Source: Eledone cirrhosa
Taxonomy: Eukaryota
NCBI GenBank assembly: GCA_964016885.1
Contig: OZ024743.1
Span: forward strand, 46,190,001 to 46,254,000
Length of the DNA stretch: 64,000 nucleotides
Reading direction: 5' to 3'
Shown: positions 24,950-39,569 of the stretch, piece by piece
Position numbering within the stretch: position 1 is the stretch's first letter
Layout: the number at the start of each line of letters is the position of its first letter
Notes under the pieces: model-generated
What the model was told of the DNA's origin: nothing
The model's database searches: none
What the model saw: the letters and a program-made list of their open reading frames with translations, nothing else
Position numbers and translations under genes: made by a program

Positions 24950-26596
24950 TTACCTCTCTGCGTCCCGGGAAACGGGCCGCTCAATTTCCATGCTGGTTGG
25001 GGATGGGTTGTTGGGTGGGGTGGTGGTTTGTGGAAGTGAAGGGGCATCGGTGTGTTGTGGGGTTGGGGTGTTTGTCGTTGAGTGGGTGTCTGGGTGGGGT
25101 GGGGGGGTGAAATTTTTTAGGAGGACGCGGTTGATTGGTTTGGCGCAGGGGGGGCCCACGTCCTCCGTGAAATTTATTTTCAGTGTTTTGTACAAGTGCA
25201 TTGGGACTTTTATCATTTTCAAATGAGGTAGTCCCACAGCAGTTATAAAGTTTGGCCCTTCAGTTTGGACCGAAGGGTTTGCTGAAATTGTTTTCCGTAA
25301 TTCTTTGTTGTCTGTGTTCATGTATGTGTATTGTAAGGTCTTTTTTTGTGTAGCAGTTAGTGTTGTGTGACAGGGAGGGGTGGTTTGTGTGTAGTTTGTG
25401 TTCTCTTGGGGGGGGGTTAAAGTTAACATGTGTGTCTGTGGTGCGTCTCCTCTTCTTTCTTTTTACTTGTTGGAAGGGATCTTTTTCGTCTTGCGACGAA
25501 AGAGGTTCGTCTTCCTTGTTGGGTGGGAGGGGTATGTTTTCTGGTAGTGTTTGCGGTGTGCGTGTTTTTGTATTTGTTTTGGGTGGGGAGGGATTGGGTG
25601 GGACAGTATTCTGTGTTATTTTTTCACGTGTTTGTTGTTGTTGTTGTGGTGGTGGTGGTGGTGGTGGGGTTGTTGGTTTTTGTTGTTGTTGTGGTTGTTT
25701 TTGTTGTTGTAGTTGGGGTGGTGTTGGTGTTGGTAGCAGTGTTTTTTTCTGTGTGAGCTGGGGACAGGCAGCCCTCAGGTGACCTCTATTGCCACAGAGG
25801 TAACAGGAGGGACGCCTACCCTCCACAATAATGTTGAGGTGGGTACGGTCATCCAGCATGACGCGCTCAGGGATTTGGGCGATGCGTTCTGGCCTTATTT
25901 GGGTCAGAACTTCGAGGCTCGTTCCACTGAACGCGTCGCCGGATGCCTTCCCTATTGAGATGAGGTTGTCCTCGTCTAAATTGAGGAAACCGGTTAGTAA
26001 CCACCAGTAGTTTATGTTTGGGGTGATGGTGGTTATCCATATCCTCTGGGTTTTTTTACCCATGTAGGTGGGGAAGAAGGTGTAGTGTGTGGACCGAATT
26101 GGCGACACAGAGTATTTTTTTGCCGCCAATTCGTCTTTCATCAATATGGATAAACTCCCATAGAGTTTATCCTTTTGTATGAAAGTGATGTCTCTCATCG
26201 CGTCTTTCAAGACTAACTGAGTTTCTGCTTGAGATGGTTGCGCTGGTTTCTTTGTTTTATTTAAAATTGTTCGGAATACGACAGTTCGTAATTCCGTCTG
26301 TCTTTTTAGCTCCGGAGGTGAATGTATAGAAAACGATCCGTTTTCGCCAAAAGACACATATTTCTTGGCTTTTTCCAGCATTTCTTTTGCTTTTGAAATA
26401 TCTTCCAGCACATAAGCGACTGATAATTTAGCCGTTTGTGCAAAAGATATTTTGTTTTCGTTTTGGATATTAGTATTGTTTTGTTTCTCGTCGTTTGAGT
26501 TGTTTTCATCTTTGTTGTTGTTGTTGTCTTTCTCGTTTCGTGTGTGGATACTTGTGACGTTTGTGTTGTTGTTGTTTTTGCTGTCTTTATTGTTGC

Positions 26597-26627
<31 letters not shown>

Positions 26628-26813
26628 GTTTTCAAATTCTTGTGTAGTTGTGGCTACATCTAGTGGTCGGTCAACAGGTGAAGACAATTCTTCCTCTCTC
26701 TGACCTCTGCCTTTGGCATCTGCTGCTGTGACAGTGGCAGGGGGAAGCTGTGAGTATGACTTCCCCTTTCCTTCTTTGATTGATGGTGAAGATGCTTCAG
26801 CCATTTTTCTCAA
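24950..26813 (-). pseudogene. ORF1 with a single frameshift
   Basis: Two overlapping frames (25260-26813 with CYLCGNRGHLRAAC, and 24950-25429 matching the copy-2 C-terminus); the switch is at or near the G9 run at 25408-25416. Confidence 0.85.
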
Positions 26814-27038
26814 AATAGGGTTTTTCGAAGTTTTTCGAAAGATAAAATGTTCACAATACTATTTCGCCCAAAGGCGCAGAATATTTTGAGAGACCGACCA
26901 GATCAAAATTTGACCTGGCAGTCCCTCTACAAAATGATACAAAAATGAAAGTTTACAGTTTACAATTTCCGTATGAATTTAAACAAAAACTTACCGAGCG
27001 AGCTCAGCACATGTGTCCATCGTAGAGAGATAGATAGG

Positions 27039-27083
<45 letters not shown>

Positions 27084-27822
27084 GAGAAAAACAGTACCAG
27101 AGAACAACGCAATACAATTATAGGAATAGGAAAGAGTGATAAAATGTTTCAGGCGTTGGTTTTTCATCGGAAGATAGAGGATTGTTTGGAAGAGAGAGGA
27201 AAATGAAAGACAGATGCGAGAAAAGAAAGGAAAACGGAGGGGGGTAGGAGGGAGCAGAAAACGTGTAGTTGCTCGAAAAAGAAAGTACGTGTGTGTTTGC
27301 ATAGATTTTTTAAGTGTGTCTGTGTTTGCATAGATTTTTTAAGTGTATGGGTATATATATTTGTGTGTGCAAATGTTTTGAATGTATATAGATTTTTTTC
27401 TTCGAATAATTTTACATATTCGGCAAATTTTGCACAATTTTTTTATCGACAAATCTTTATTTTTTCCGTCATTTTAAGACTGATTACTAAACATATTAAT
27501 TAGATTCCAACTGAAAAATATGTTGCGTGTATATAAAAATAAAATAGCATTGTAACTTAATATTATAAGAATTCATGATCTTCAATTTCAAATATCAAAT
27601 TAACATTCACAACTATTTCTCAAAGGAAGTAAAATTTAAGATGAAGATGTATATACAATCTACAGTTCACAAAACCTTAACTCAGCGTATTCGCTTTGTT
27701 TATTCCCTGTTGTACTCTGACTACAAAATTTCGCTTCTTCTTTCATTAAGGTGTCGGTGAGAACAGTAATTAATTCAACTTGAGTCGTCGTTAGACACAA
27801 CATCGCGGAGAATTTCGTAAAC

Positions 27823-28057
<235 letters not shown>

Positions 28058-28309
28058 ATTAGTCTCTAATACATAAACATTGAAATGGGAGAAATCTCTG
28101 AGAAGCAATATTATATATTAAAATTTAATGAGTAAAAACTTTAATTCTAGGAATATAAGCAAGATAGACAACAAACGTATTCTATTTAAATTCGCTTATA
28201 TATATCTCCCTTCCATGGCTTCGTATGTGGAAGAATTATTATTGGAAACACCAATAATAGAAATAGTATGTATTATATCTTGTTCAGTTTCTCTTAACTC
28301 TTGAAGAAT

Positions 28310-30080
28310 TAAATCCCGACCAAACCCATACACAACCTCCACCTCATGCGATACATCATAAAGAGGGTAGGGTGTAAACCTGGCTTCGGTGGGGCTTTGA
28401 TCAATTTAGATCTATCGTAAGTTTTCGATTGGGTCGACCGTCGATACCTGGAGGCTGTCTTCAAGGCAGCTGTCAACGGTCCAGTCATCAGTGGCTGGAT
28501 TGCTGCAATGCACAGCGGCATCTGCTCGGCGGTCAAAGCAATGCCCATCGGAATCTTTGGGACGAGGTTACGAAGAAGTTAGCCATTCTCACACAGAAAT
28601 GAGCCAAGAGGAAGCTCTCCCTGAAACGTCGGGTGGAGGTAGCGAACACGTATATCGTGCCCATCATCTATTACCACCTGACCGTCGTGTCTTACCCCCG
28701 TTTGCGCCTCACCAAATTGAAACGGCACCTCTTCAACTTCTTTGGAGGGGACGGGTTCCGTTGGTGAGGTGATCCATATGCTGCCAGCACCCTCAACGTG
28801 GAGGGCTGGGCATGCCGTGGATAATGATGTGAAAACATACGCTGAGGCTGCGGCATCTCCAGATATTCTGCCTAAACGGTGAACGGGCGTGGTCGCCTTT
28901 TGTGAGACAGGCCTTTCCACAGCGCGTCTCTTTGACTGAGCTGCAGTCCTGGATCAAGAAGAGACCGAGACTAGGTGCGTAGCATCTGGAATGTTGCCAG
29001 GCGCTCACTGCTCTCTACTAGGCAGGCAATGTGGTCAGTGGAACTTCCACTCTCGAGTTCTGTAAAGGATTAGTGGTACGCAAGTGCGACGACTCGCTCG
29101 GAGAGGCTCTCGATGTCGATGAAGTCGAACTGACAAATCTGTTCCAAAGGACTTTCAATAACGCCCAGAATCCCTCGCTTAGCAGTGCTACCGATGATGG
29201 GGGACACTGCCGGGTCGAAATAAACTCTACAGGAACGGAAGTGCTGTCAGGCGGACCTGCTAGAGATGCGCGCAAAGCGACGAAACCGTTCTGCACGCAC
29301 TTGTCCAGTATCCATGCATTACTGACTTGTGGGATTATGTTTAACAGCTATTGTTGCATGTAGGACAGACCCGGCTATTGACCGAGTCCATAAGGAAGAT
29401 CGCCTCATCACCTTCTTTTGGCTGAGAAGGGCAGGCAGGTTTTCTCTGTCTGGTGGCGGTAGCGAAAGAGGTTTTGTAGTGGACCAGATTGAAAGGACTG
29501 AAGACAGACACTTTTCTCTTCGGCCTTCCAACATCGACTTCTTCAAGTTTCACTTGGGAATAAAGGTGAGGGTGGAGAGAGAAATGCTGCCCCCCCCCCC
29601 CCCAGTACAGTTGCTAAAGGGTGGGTGATTGTGGCGAGAATGCCCCGTGTGAATGGGCCTACTCTGAGCATGTGGCTGTTGGTTAGTTAATATGAGGAGA
29701 GGTGTACCCTTCCCGGGTGCCTTCGAAGCGTCGGTTGGTTCAGGATTGGTGGGGTACCCGAGTTGCCTTTGGGTGGTTCGCACCCCACCTTCTATTGGGG
29801 AATTTATTTTTTTATATTTTTATATATTTTTATTGTTAATTGTTTTGTTATTGTGTATTCTAACTCGATGTTATTGTCCCCCCACCCACCCCACTGTCCC
29901 TGTCTTTGTGTTGCCCTCTATATGTCGGCCCTTGTGGTCAATAATTGAAACCATTATTTTTCCTTTGTTTCATTTTTTTGTTATATCCTTTGTTTTTGTT
30001 TTATGTTTTTGTTTTTTCTCACAGAAACACCCGTCCTTAATGTTATGCTTTGTGTCAACCCTTGTGGTTAATAAAGAAAA
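28310..30080 (+). mobile_element. Older degenerate Tx1-like fragment (RT to 3' UTR), not in (GATA)n
   Basis: Relics of NLHLMRYII, PGFGGALINLD, GGLGMPW and LTELQSW with many stops and deletions; ends GTGGTTAATAAAGAAA. Confidence 0.85.
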
Positions 30081-30531
30081 CATTATTTATTTTATATACA
30101 ATTACTGTATTAATACATAGATATAAATATTTGCTTACTGTGGAAGACAATATTTTATATTGAAGTCAACACCTCTGTGAAATTAAGTTGACTTTTCATG
30201 ACATTTAACTTGCACTTGTGTCTCTGTTTGTACAATTCACTTAATGGAATTATATAAGATGTTTCTGTTATCACTTTAAAAAGACAATGTTGACATTTTT
30301 TTGATGTTGCATTGACTAAATGTAAATTGAATACAGTTTCATTATAGATTATAATCTGCGACAAATTGGCTGAGTCCTTAGAACGTCGGAGAGAACACTT
30401 TACAGTATTCATTCCGGGTTTCTATCCTCGTGGTTTAAATCCAGCCAAGGTCAACTTTGTCTTTCATCCTTTCAAGGTCGATAACAAAAATGTCCCAGTA
30501 CTGGAGTCAAATCTTCCTCTATATCTCCTTC

Positions 30532-30621
<90 letters not shown>

Positions 30622-31151
30622 TCTCTCTCTCTCTCTCACACGCAATCCCTCTCCCCCTCTGGACGAAATCGGTTAATCGAACTCGGACAGGTGACGGTCT
30701 GTATCAGGTTTAAAGTACCCATGACATGCCGTAATGTCACAACGACACCCCTACGACTCCATCAGAAGTTACACGCCCATACATACATATAATGTTAATA
30801 GCGTTTACATCCCGCGAATACAAATATGTACAAATTAACAAATATATTTATGGAAGTAGTTTCAAGATATACGGCAGAATGGTTAGAAAGTCTATCAGAA
30901 TATGCCTTGTGGTATTTGTTCCGGCTCTCTAAATAAACACAATTAATTAACGACCGTTATTTTCAGTTTTTCTGCAACTACAGAAGATAACTGAGTATGT
31001 ATTTCGGCTAAATAGAAGGGTCGTTAGAACGTCTAGCTAAGTGTTTTGCAATATTTATTCTGATTTTGTGGGTTGATAAATAAATTAACATTCAAATACT
31101 GGTTTTAATTATTCTTTTTTATCTATCTCTCTACCACTCTGTTTATCCATT

Positions 31152-31219
<68 letters not shown>

Positions 31220-31808
31220 TCTCTCTCTCTCCTACTCCTTAGAGTAGGTAGCAAAGGTAGAAGCTTTCTACGGAACCATCATGATTTAGATGTGAAGGAA
31301 AGAATGTATCTGCTAAATTGCTGATCTGCTTGGCAGGGCACCAGTTTTGGAGGCAGGAGAGTTTTAAAGCTGTAATATGTAGTTCTGGTTGTGGATTTTC
31401 AAGAGTTGTGAAGTAGAGTGAATGCAGCTCGGTTTTCGGGTGGAAGGGGACTTTCTCCATATGATGAAGGCCTTTTTTGTTGTTTCTTTATGTCTAAATT
31501 GCTGCAGCACTGATAAAGATGAGTCACTTGAAGGACCTGAGGTATGGAGTTTTTATTTTATGAGATATGATGGGGTGAATTATGCCTAAGAATATGGTTT
31601 CAGTCACCTGATTAACTCTTTCTGATGAGTTAGGAGTGAAACATATACTGAAATCTTTGGCCCTAAACTAGAAATGTTCTGAACGACATTTAGTAGTATG
31701 CTTATTTGGGGTGGTTTGTATTACACGAGTTAAAATTATTATGAAATACGAAATAGTTCAATGCGTGTGTAGAAACGTGCCCATATTACTTCTCTCTATA
31801 TATATATT

Positions 31809-31861
<53 letters not shown>

Positions 31862-32689
31862 TGTGTGTGTGTGTGTGTGTGTAACCTGATGCTGGTTTAT
31901 ATATTAATTACTGATGCTACAGCAAAGTCTGGAATGGAAGCTGTGCGGTCGTATGTAGAATTTTGCTTATATATTTCAAACGAATATATATTTAATCTTC
32001 CTTATTATAAATGAACAAAATGACAGATCAGCTGTCTTACTTTCTTATTAGAAATATTTGCAATCAACTCATCTTAGAAAATGTATGTATACCGTGGACT
32101 TGAAGAGGAAATTAACACTCAGTGTATTTTTATCATGTCTAGTTGATCATTGTTGTGAACAATGAAGACAACCTGCGTTAAGGAAATGTACGAGGAAAAT
32201 ATTTTATCTGAAGGTCAAAGTCTTTATCAGAACGAAACAAGCCAATTATGTTGACGATGGTTTTCGGACAACTGACGCATATATAAATATATAAGTCGGT
32301 AATATTTTGACCAGAAGAAGCATTCAAATTATAACATTAATACTAAAGTAAAGAGTTCATGGAAGAACAAAAGAATTCAAATTTAGAAAATCAAAATTGA
32401 AGATTAATTTATAATAGTAGTGTGAGAAAGTCAGAGTTTGCTCGCGTGGAATGAATGAAGCAACAATTTTGATTCATTTTAAGACAGTGAGGTTTTCTCA
32501 GTTAAACATACATAAAACATTTTTTTTTTCTCAATAATGCAATATTGAGTCTATCTGTATATATATTTATACATAGAGACTCAATTGCATACCAAACCTA
32601 CAGTCAGTAGGCACCTCTTAACTCAATATACACCTCACCGCCACACCCTACCCCACCCTCCCTCTCTCGTTCCGTCCACTGTGTCGATG

Positions 32690-32930
32690 ACACAACAGTC
32701 CACACTGTAAGGTGGCCGTGTAGGAGACACGGTGAAAAGGCTTCCAGTCCACACTGTAAATGTGGTTGGTGTTAGGAGGGGCATCCAACTGCAAAACACC
32801 TTCCAGAGACACTTCCGTGAGAGCGAGACAGTTTTCTCCCGACCATTCCCGCATCAAATGGAACAAAACCGTCTAATCCATATGCTAGCGTGGAAGATGG
32901 ACGTTAAACGATGATGATGATGATGATGAT
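32690..32930 (+). mobile_element. RTE-related SINE/LINE 3' end with (ATG)n tail
   Basis: Ends ...GGACGTTAAACG(ATG)n, a short-repeat tail typical of RTE-mobilised elements. Confidence 0.45.
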
Positions 32931-33340
32931 ATCGTCTCCATCATGGTACTCCTAGTTTAAGGTTTTTAGAGGTTGGCAGGTCTGAATAACATGTGCCCAA
33001 GATGGCATGCAATAGGATTGAACACATGACCTAATGATTTTGATGCGAAGTTCATCATAGATATTGTTCGGTTATGAGCATGTATTATTCTTAACAACCA
33101 GATTGCTAGGAAAACGAGACTGAATTGGTTATCTCGAGTCTATAGTATGAAACATTTGTTTAAGGAGCCACGCAGTGAGATTGACCAAGAACCAAGTGGT
33201 TGCGAAACGAATTCCTTAATCACACACCTATACCTACAGATTTTACTTTTAAACTATCGTAATCCAGTTTTGTACGACAGTTCCTTCTTCTGTAATGGCT
33301 TACTTTAATAAGCAGTAGATGTGAACCAATGTATATATAT

Positions 33341-33378
<38 letters not shown>

Positions 33379-33381
<3 letters not shown>

Positions 33382-33710
33382 CTAGGGCGGGTAAATTGTC
33401 GAGATCCATGGACGAGTTCTCTCCAGCGGTCTCCGTCCCTCATTATCGCTGCCATGTCCTGCGTCTCCAACAGACCACTGTCTGTCCTTAGAGGATCAAC
33501 ATACGTTAACCTTGGTCTTCCTCTTCCAGTGTGTCCATGTAGGGGCTCCCACAGTAGCACTGAGTGCAATGTCAACTCTGGATGTCGGTGAGCATGTCCA
33601 GCTAACCTCAATCTCCTCTGTGTCACTTTTGAGCTGACTTTTGGGAGGCTCCCATACAGCTCTGAGTTTTCATCCTCAGTGTATACTGATTAATGTTCAG
33701 AGCCATCCTC
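33379..33710 (-). mobile_element. RTE-type LINE 3' fragment in (TA)n
   Basis: RRLRLAGHAHRHPE...WEPLHGHTGRGRPRLTYVD...DRWRELV C-terminal signature; homologous to 42629-43002. Confidence 0.8.
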
Positions 33711-33717
33711 ATATATA

Positions 33718-33776
<59 letters not shown>

Positions 33777-33811
33777 TTATATATATATATATTTATATAT
33801 ATATATATATT

Positions 33812-33933
<122 letters not shown>

Positions 33934-33969
33934 AATATATATATATAAATATGTATATATATATATATA

Positions 33970-34042
<73 letters not shown>

Positions 34043-34074
34043 TATATATATAAATATGTATATATATATATATA

Positions 34075-34171
<97 letters not shown>

Positions 34172-34514
34172 ACATATATATTCAGTCGACGGCTATATAT
34201 TCCATATTACATGTAATTTTGCCTGCGAAACAAATCATTATATATTTCAATTACATAACATTCTATTGGTTTCACAGGATCGACAAAGTCTTTCGAATAT
34301 TCCTGGAAATTAAGGCAGGATTTAGCTTGACTCCAAACAAAGTCAAACTTCAGCAAGTTGTTAAATTGAAAACATATAAATGATGAATTTGGGGTCTTCC
34401 GAAAGTTAGATTAGTAACACAGTAAGAAAATCGAAAATAAGTTTCGATTTAGTGGATCAATATAAACGCAAGAAATTTCAGTTCTTGAATATAATTTTAT
34501 GCAACTATGACATG

Positions 34515-34570
<56 letters not shown>

Positions 34571-34571
34571 C

Positions 34572-36943
34572 TCTGTTTCTCTACTCCTCCATCACTTTAC
34601 CACTTCTCCTTAGAGCTATCAATTTCGCTAAAACACTCACAGTGGTTAAGAATTTCGAAGTTGATGTCATCCTCAATGCCCGAAAGTCGGTGATTAATTT
34701 CGACGACTCTATTTGGATAAAAAAATCCAATAGTACCCCATTCGACGTGAGTATGGGCGCTAGTGACTGCGGAGGTCACTGATCTTATTGGCCTTTTCCT
34801 TCTTTTCTCTATCAAGGTCGAATTCCCCAACGCGGGCGGTGGTTTGTACCGTGACGATGGTCTTTTGACGATGGTCTTTTGACCATGACTAAGTGCGGAC
34901 CTCGGGCTTGCGACAGGTTCAGAAAAGAACTCACAGCCTTCTTTAAAGGCTTCAACCTCTCTATACAGGTTGAGGCCAATCTCTCGGTCGTTAATTACCT
35001 CGACGTTACCCTCAATTTATTGAATGGGTTGTATTACCCGTATAGAAAGCCGAATGATACGCTTAATTACATAAGTAAGCATTCCAACCATCCTGCCAGC
35101 ATAACCAAGAACCTGGTAAGAAACGTTTCGTTGAGGCTTTCCCGTCTTTCCACCAACGAGCGTATTTTCAACGACCATTCCACTTATTACAATGAAGCTC
35201 TTGCTCGAAGTGGATTTGTCGATAAGGTAGCATATACAGAGTACGAAAATAGACCTAGAAGAAATAGATCCCGTCGCATTTGTTGGTATAACCCACCATA
35301 TAATATGGAGGTGGCCACACCATTAGCTAAGATCTTTCTTTCCCTTATTACGAAGCATTTCCCCCTACACATAAATATAGTAAAATTTTTAATAGAAATA
35401 CTATTAAAATTTCTTACTCTACGACTCCTAACCTTGCACATAACATCACAGCTTCAAATTTAGCTAAACTACCTAGCCGTAAGAACACGTGCAACCCTGT
35501 AGTTAGTACTAACTGTAATTGTAGGAATCGGGCTGATTGCCCCCTATCGGGAAATGCCTCTCTAGTAACATTGTCTACAAATGTAAGGTTGTAACAACCA
35601 CGTCCCGTAGAGCCTACATATGGTTAACCGCCAATAGTTTCAAGCAGCGTCTTTACATGCATACACATTCTTTTCCTTACCCTCTAAGAAGGAATATGAC
35701 GTCACTTTCAGCTTATATCTGGAGTCTAAAAGACAACCACACCCAATATAAGTTACACTGGGATATCCTAGCTAGGGCTAGATCGTATAACGGAAATAAA
35801 AGACCATGTGACCTCTGCGCCGCTGAGGCCCTGGAAATACTCTACGCCACAGACCACATCTTAAACAAAAAATCTGAGGCAATTTCGGCTTGTTAACATA
35901 AATTGCACAAAACTTTCCTGTATTACAGCCCCACGTTATACCCTAACGGATAGTACGATCTATACGTGGATATTTTACGTCTTGATGTGGGAGCTAAGTA
36001 TATGTTTTGTTTATTCCTTTACTTATTTGCATAGGTAAGTATATACTACCCGTATGTTTTGTGAAGGTACGTATACCTTCTCGTACGTATATTTGATTGT
36101 TATGGCGTATAATTTTATATATTCTGGTACATAGGGTTTGGCTATGTGTATACGGGAGTTTTTGCGTCTGTGTGATTATGTAGGTTCGTACGTATGGTGG
36201 GTGTGTGTATATGTGTACTTCTTGTTTTAGTTGACTTACGTCTCCGAACATTCGTGTATTTATATGTAGGTATGTGTGCGCGCTTGTTATATACGTATTT
36301 ATTTATTTATATACGTTTATATAATTATTTATTTATTTGTATACACGCATACACACACACACATATTTATATGTGCGTGGTTTTGAATACCTATGGTAAG
36401 GTTTTGCGTAGGCTTGTGTAAGTACGTTTTTGTTTGCGTGTATGTATTTATTTATTTCTATTACTTCTGTATTGTATTTATTTACTTTGTTCTTAACTCT
36501 GTAGCGGAGATTCATTTGGTCTCCTAGTTAGAATTTTAGTCTACGACTTCTGCTATACCATTTACGTGGTTTTGTCTTTACGTGCTATTGTTCTCCACGC
36601 TCCACATATGACGTATTATCTTCGTTTTTTCGTTCATTGCCAGAGAACGTCTCTATGCACCACCTAAGAAAACATTAGTCTACGACCTCTTTTATACCAT
36701 AAACGTGGTTCTGTCTTTGCGCGTAAATGTTTTTCACCGCTCCTATTAATGACGTATTATTCGTTTTTTCCCGTTCTTCGCCAGCGAACGTTTCCACGAA
36801 CCAAAGTATCGTCTTCCTGTCTTCCTCCGGTTGCAACGTTTTTTGAAATATCCAGTTCTGCGTTTACAGATTGACTTTGTTAGTTTCAGAAGATCCCGTT
36901 AAGAGTTAAAGCAGCGATTCTTTGCTTAAACTTTAATCTGTAA

Positions 36944-36948
<5 letters not shown>
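34572..36948 (+). mobile_element. Penelope-like element (RT plus GIY-YIG endonuclease), 5'-truncated and decayed, in (TA)n
   Basis: FDVSMG, GLYRDDGL, VNYLDVTLNL, YRKPND, YNPPY RT motifs; EN with CNC-x5-C, IVYKC...YIWLT...FKQR, CDLC, LNKKSE; several frameshifts. Confidence 0.88.
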
Positions 36949-37013
<65 letters not shown>

Positions 37014-37019
<6 letters not shown>

Positions 37020-37642
37020 TCCTATATCATCAACAAAAATCACCTAGAGAACATCAAAATTGCTCCTGTAGAATCAAAAGTGAATGCTCATTACAAGGTA
37101 AATGCAACACCAAAGCCATTGTATATGCGGCTAAAGTGACAACCATCAGCAACAACCAACCAGCCACCAGTGAACGATATGTGGGTATGACGCAAGACAA
37201 ATTCAAAACGCGTTATTACTCACATGTCGCATCCTTTCGACATCCAGAAAAAAGATTTACAACAGCTCTGGCTAGCAGAATATGGGATTTGAAAGACCAA
37301 GGTATCCAATATAAATTGGATCGGTCAATTTTGAACCAATCTAAAGAATATGCAAGAGGAACAAGAAGATGCACGCTCTGCATAAATGAAAAATATTGGA
37401 TTTTGCAAAACCTTAAATCACCAAAGACCTGCCTAAACACAAAGACAGAAATTTTCACCAGTTGCCCACACATGAAATCATACCTGCTTTCCAGCTCATA
37501 TAAACTTAACACACTTTCAGATACTTATCCTCCATAAGCTCTTATTATTCTCTTTAAGACTACCTTTTCTGATTTACTTTCATTTTTAACCTTATTATTA
37601 ATTTCATTTTTATTTTTATTTTTATTTTTATTTTTATTTTTA

Positions 37643-37673
<31 letters not shown>

Positions 37674-38097
37674 TTTTTTTTTTTTTTTTTTACTTCACAT
37701 TCACCACTAACACCCCCCCCCTTATTCTATTCACTTACCTAATAACTTCACTTTCCACTTTTTACTTCCCTATTTTCTTCACTACCTGATTACACAAGTC
37801 ACTTGCGTTTTCCACTTCAGATATTTTCTGTTATTTCGCAGCCAATTTTATATTTTTATATTTGTACTCACTTATTCACAAGGCTGTTTTTACACCCTGT
37901 ATCTATGTGTCTGAGCGTTTTTATGTGTGTATACTTTCTGTATATGTACACGAACGCCTCCGTATGTGCGCGCGCGTGCGTGTATATATATATGTGTATG
38001 TATGTGTGTTTTTATATCTGTGGTTTTACATCTATTTTTTTTTTACATTCTTATTTTTATGTGTGTGCATGTAAGCGGGTCAACGTGCGTGAATGTA

Positions 38098-38141
<44 letters not shown>

Positions 38142-39072
38142 TACGTACTGAATGTATGGATGTGTAATTGTGCGTATGTTTATATGTATGTATATATTTA
38201 TGTGTGTGTATGTGTGTGTGTATACAGTCGCGTACGTACGCGTGATTAGATATACATGGGGCGAGGTGTATGTATATATATATGTGCATCCTGTGTGTGT
38301 ATGTATACTTGCATACGCTTTTGTCTGCACGTTTTGCGTGTATATATATATTTTTTATAGATATACGTTTCTTATAGATATATGTGTGTATGTACGCGTG
38401 TACCTTGTTTGTTTTCTTTCTTTACTTTGCAATTTTTTCTTTCTAAATTATTGTTCCATTTTTATAAATATATCGAGAATGATACTTTCTTTTTACTATT
38501 ACACTCTCTTACCTCTTTTTCTTCCGCATATAAGTGTACGCGCGTGTGTGTGTGTTTATACGCGTGCCTTCATATTCTTATAATGTATCTAATACCCTGT
38601 TTTTCTGTATACCTGTCAACCGGACACTAATATCATGTCTGTGTCTGTAGTTACATATACACAGATATACTTGCCCTCATACATATATTTACGCACACAT
38701 TTTCACTATACACACACATTTGTACATACATACATATGTACATCTGTGAGTGTATATACATACATATACACACACCTAACTATATTTCTTTAAAAAACTT
38801 TATATATTTTATATGTCTATTGTATTATCTATATTTATATAATTTTTTTTGCATTTCTTGAGGAGACTTTCCAAATATTTAGCTATGTTTTATATTGCCT
38901 CGTCCGACGAACGAATGAAGACGTTTCTTTCGTATTCGCCTTATTCGGGAAACCTCTGGTAATGAGGTAATTATATTGTATTGTTTTTTATACATTAAAT
39001 TTTGCTCTGGTACTTACATAGAGCACTCTTCACTCCTATGACTTTTTGTGTTTTCAACGGAAACTTCAATAC
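37014..39072 (+). mobile_element. Second Penelope-like element: GIY-YIG domain plus a long 3' UTR/pLTR with a hammerhead, in (TA)n
   Basis: Open frame to 37537: CSC-x5-C, IVYAAKV, YVGMT..FKTRY, CTLC, LNTKTE..CPH; hammerhead motif near the 3' end. Confidence 0.85.
38895..38970 (+). ncRNA. Type-I hammerhead motif (CCGACGA core variant) in the Penelope 3' region
   Basis: TTGCCTCGT-CCGACGA-A-CGAATGA...TTATTCG-G-GAAAC-CTCTG-GTA-ATGAGGTAA; 9-bp stem I (two G-U pairs), extended stem II, 3-bp stem III. Confidence 0.7.
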
Positions 39073-39090
39073 TTATATATATATATATAT

Positions 39091-39124
<34 letters not shown>

Positions 39125-39131
39125 CTCTGTT

Positions 39132-39407
<276 letters not shown>

Positions 39408-39486
39408 GATAAGCAGAACAAGTAAAATTCAATCAATTTTTCAAAATACATTAAAAAATATAATATAAATATTTACCTCTTCTAGT

Positions 39487-39569
39487 GGCCCTTACTGATC
39501 AGTTTCGCTTTGTAAAACCTCATAAATCCGATGGATTTATGATGGAAAACCAAAGCTCATCAGAGAAGC
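39487..39569 (-). ncRNA. Type-I hammerhead ribozyme, unit 1
   Basis: TTCT-CTGATGA-GCTTTG...TCATAAATCC-ATC-GGATTTATGA...CAAAGC-GAAAC-TGATCA-GTA-AGGG; canonical core and palindromic ACTGATCAGT stem III. Confidence 0.88.

Larger units (their letters stand above)
21224..27023 (-). mobile_element. Tx1-clade copy 6, full length, ORF2 intact and ORF1 frameshifted
   Basis: 5' end GATGGACAC as in copy 2; conserved 5' UTR block; (GATA)n at both ends. Confidence 0.95.

Noticed and set aside
31240-31620. Possible decayed CR1/L2-type 3' remnant on the minus strand
   Set aside because: Too degenerate to support by eye.
36860-36948. Possible hammerhead (CAGAAGA plus hairpin) at the end of the first Penelope fragment
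   Set aside because: The core is mismatched and no GAAA or stem III follows.
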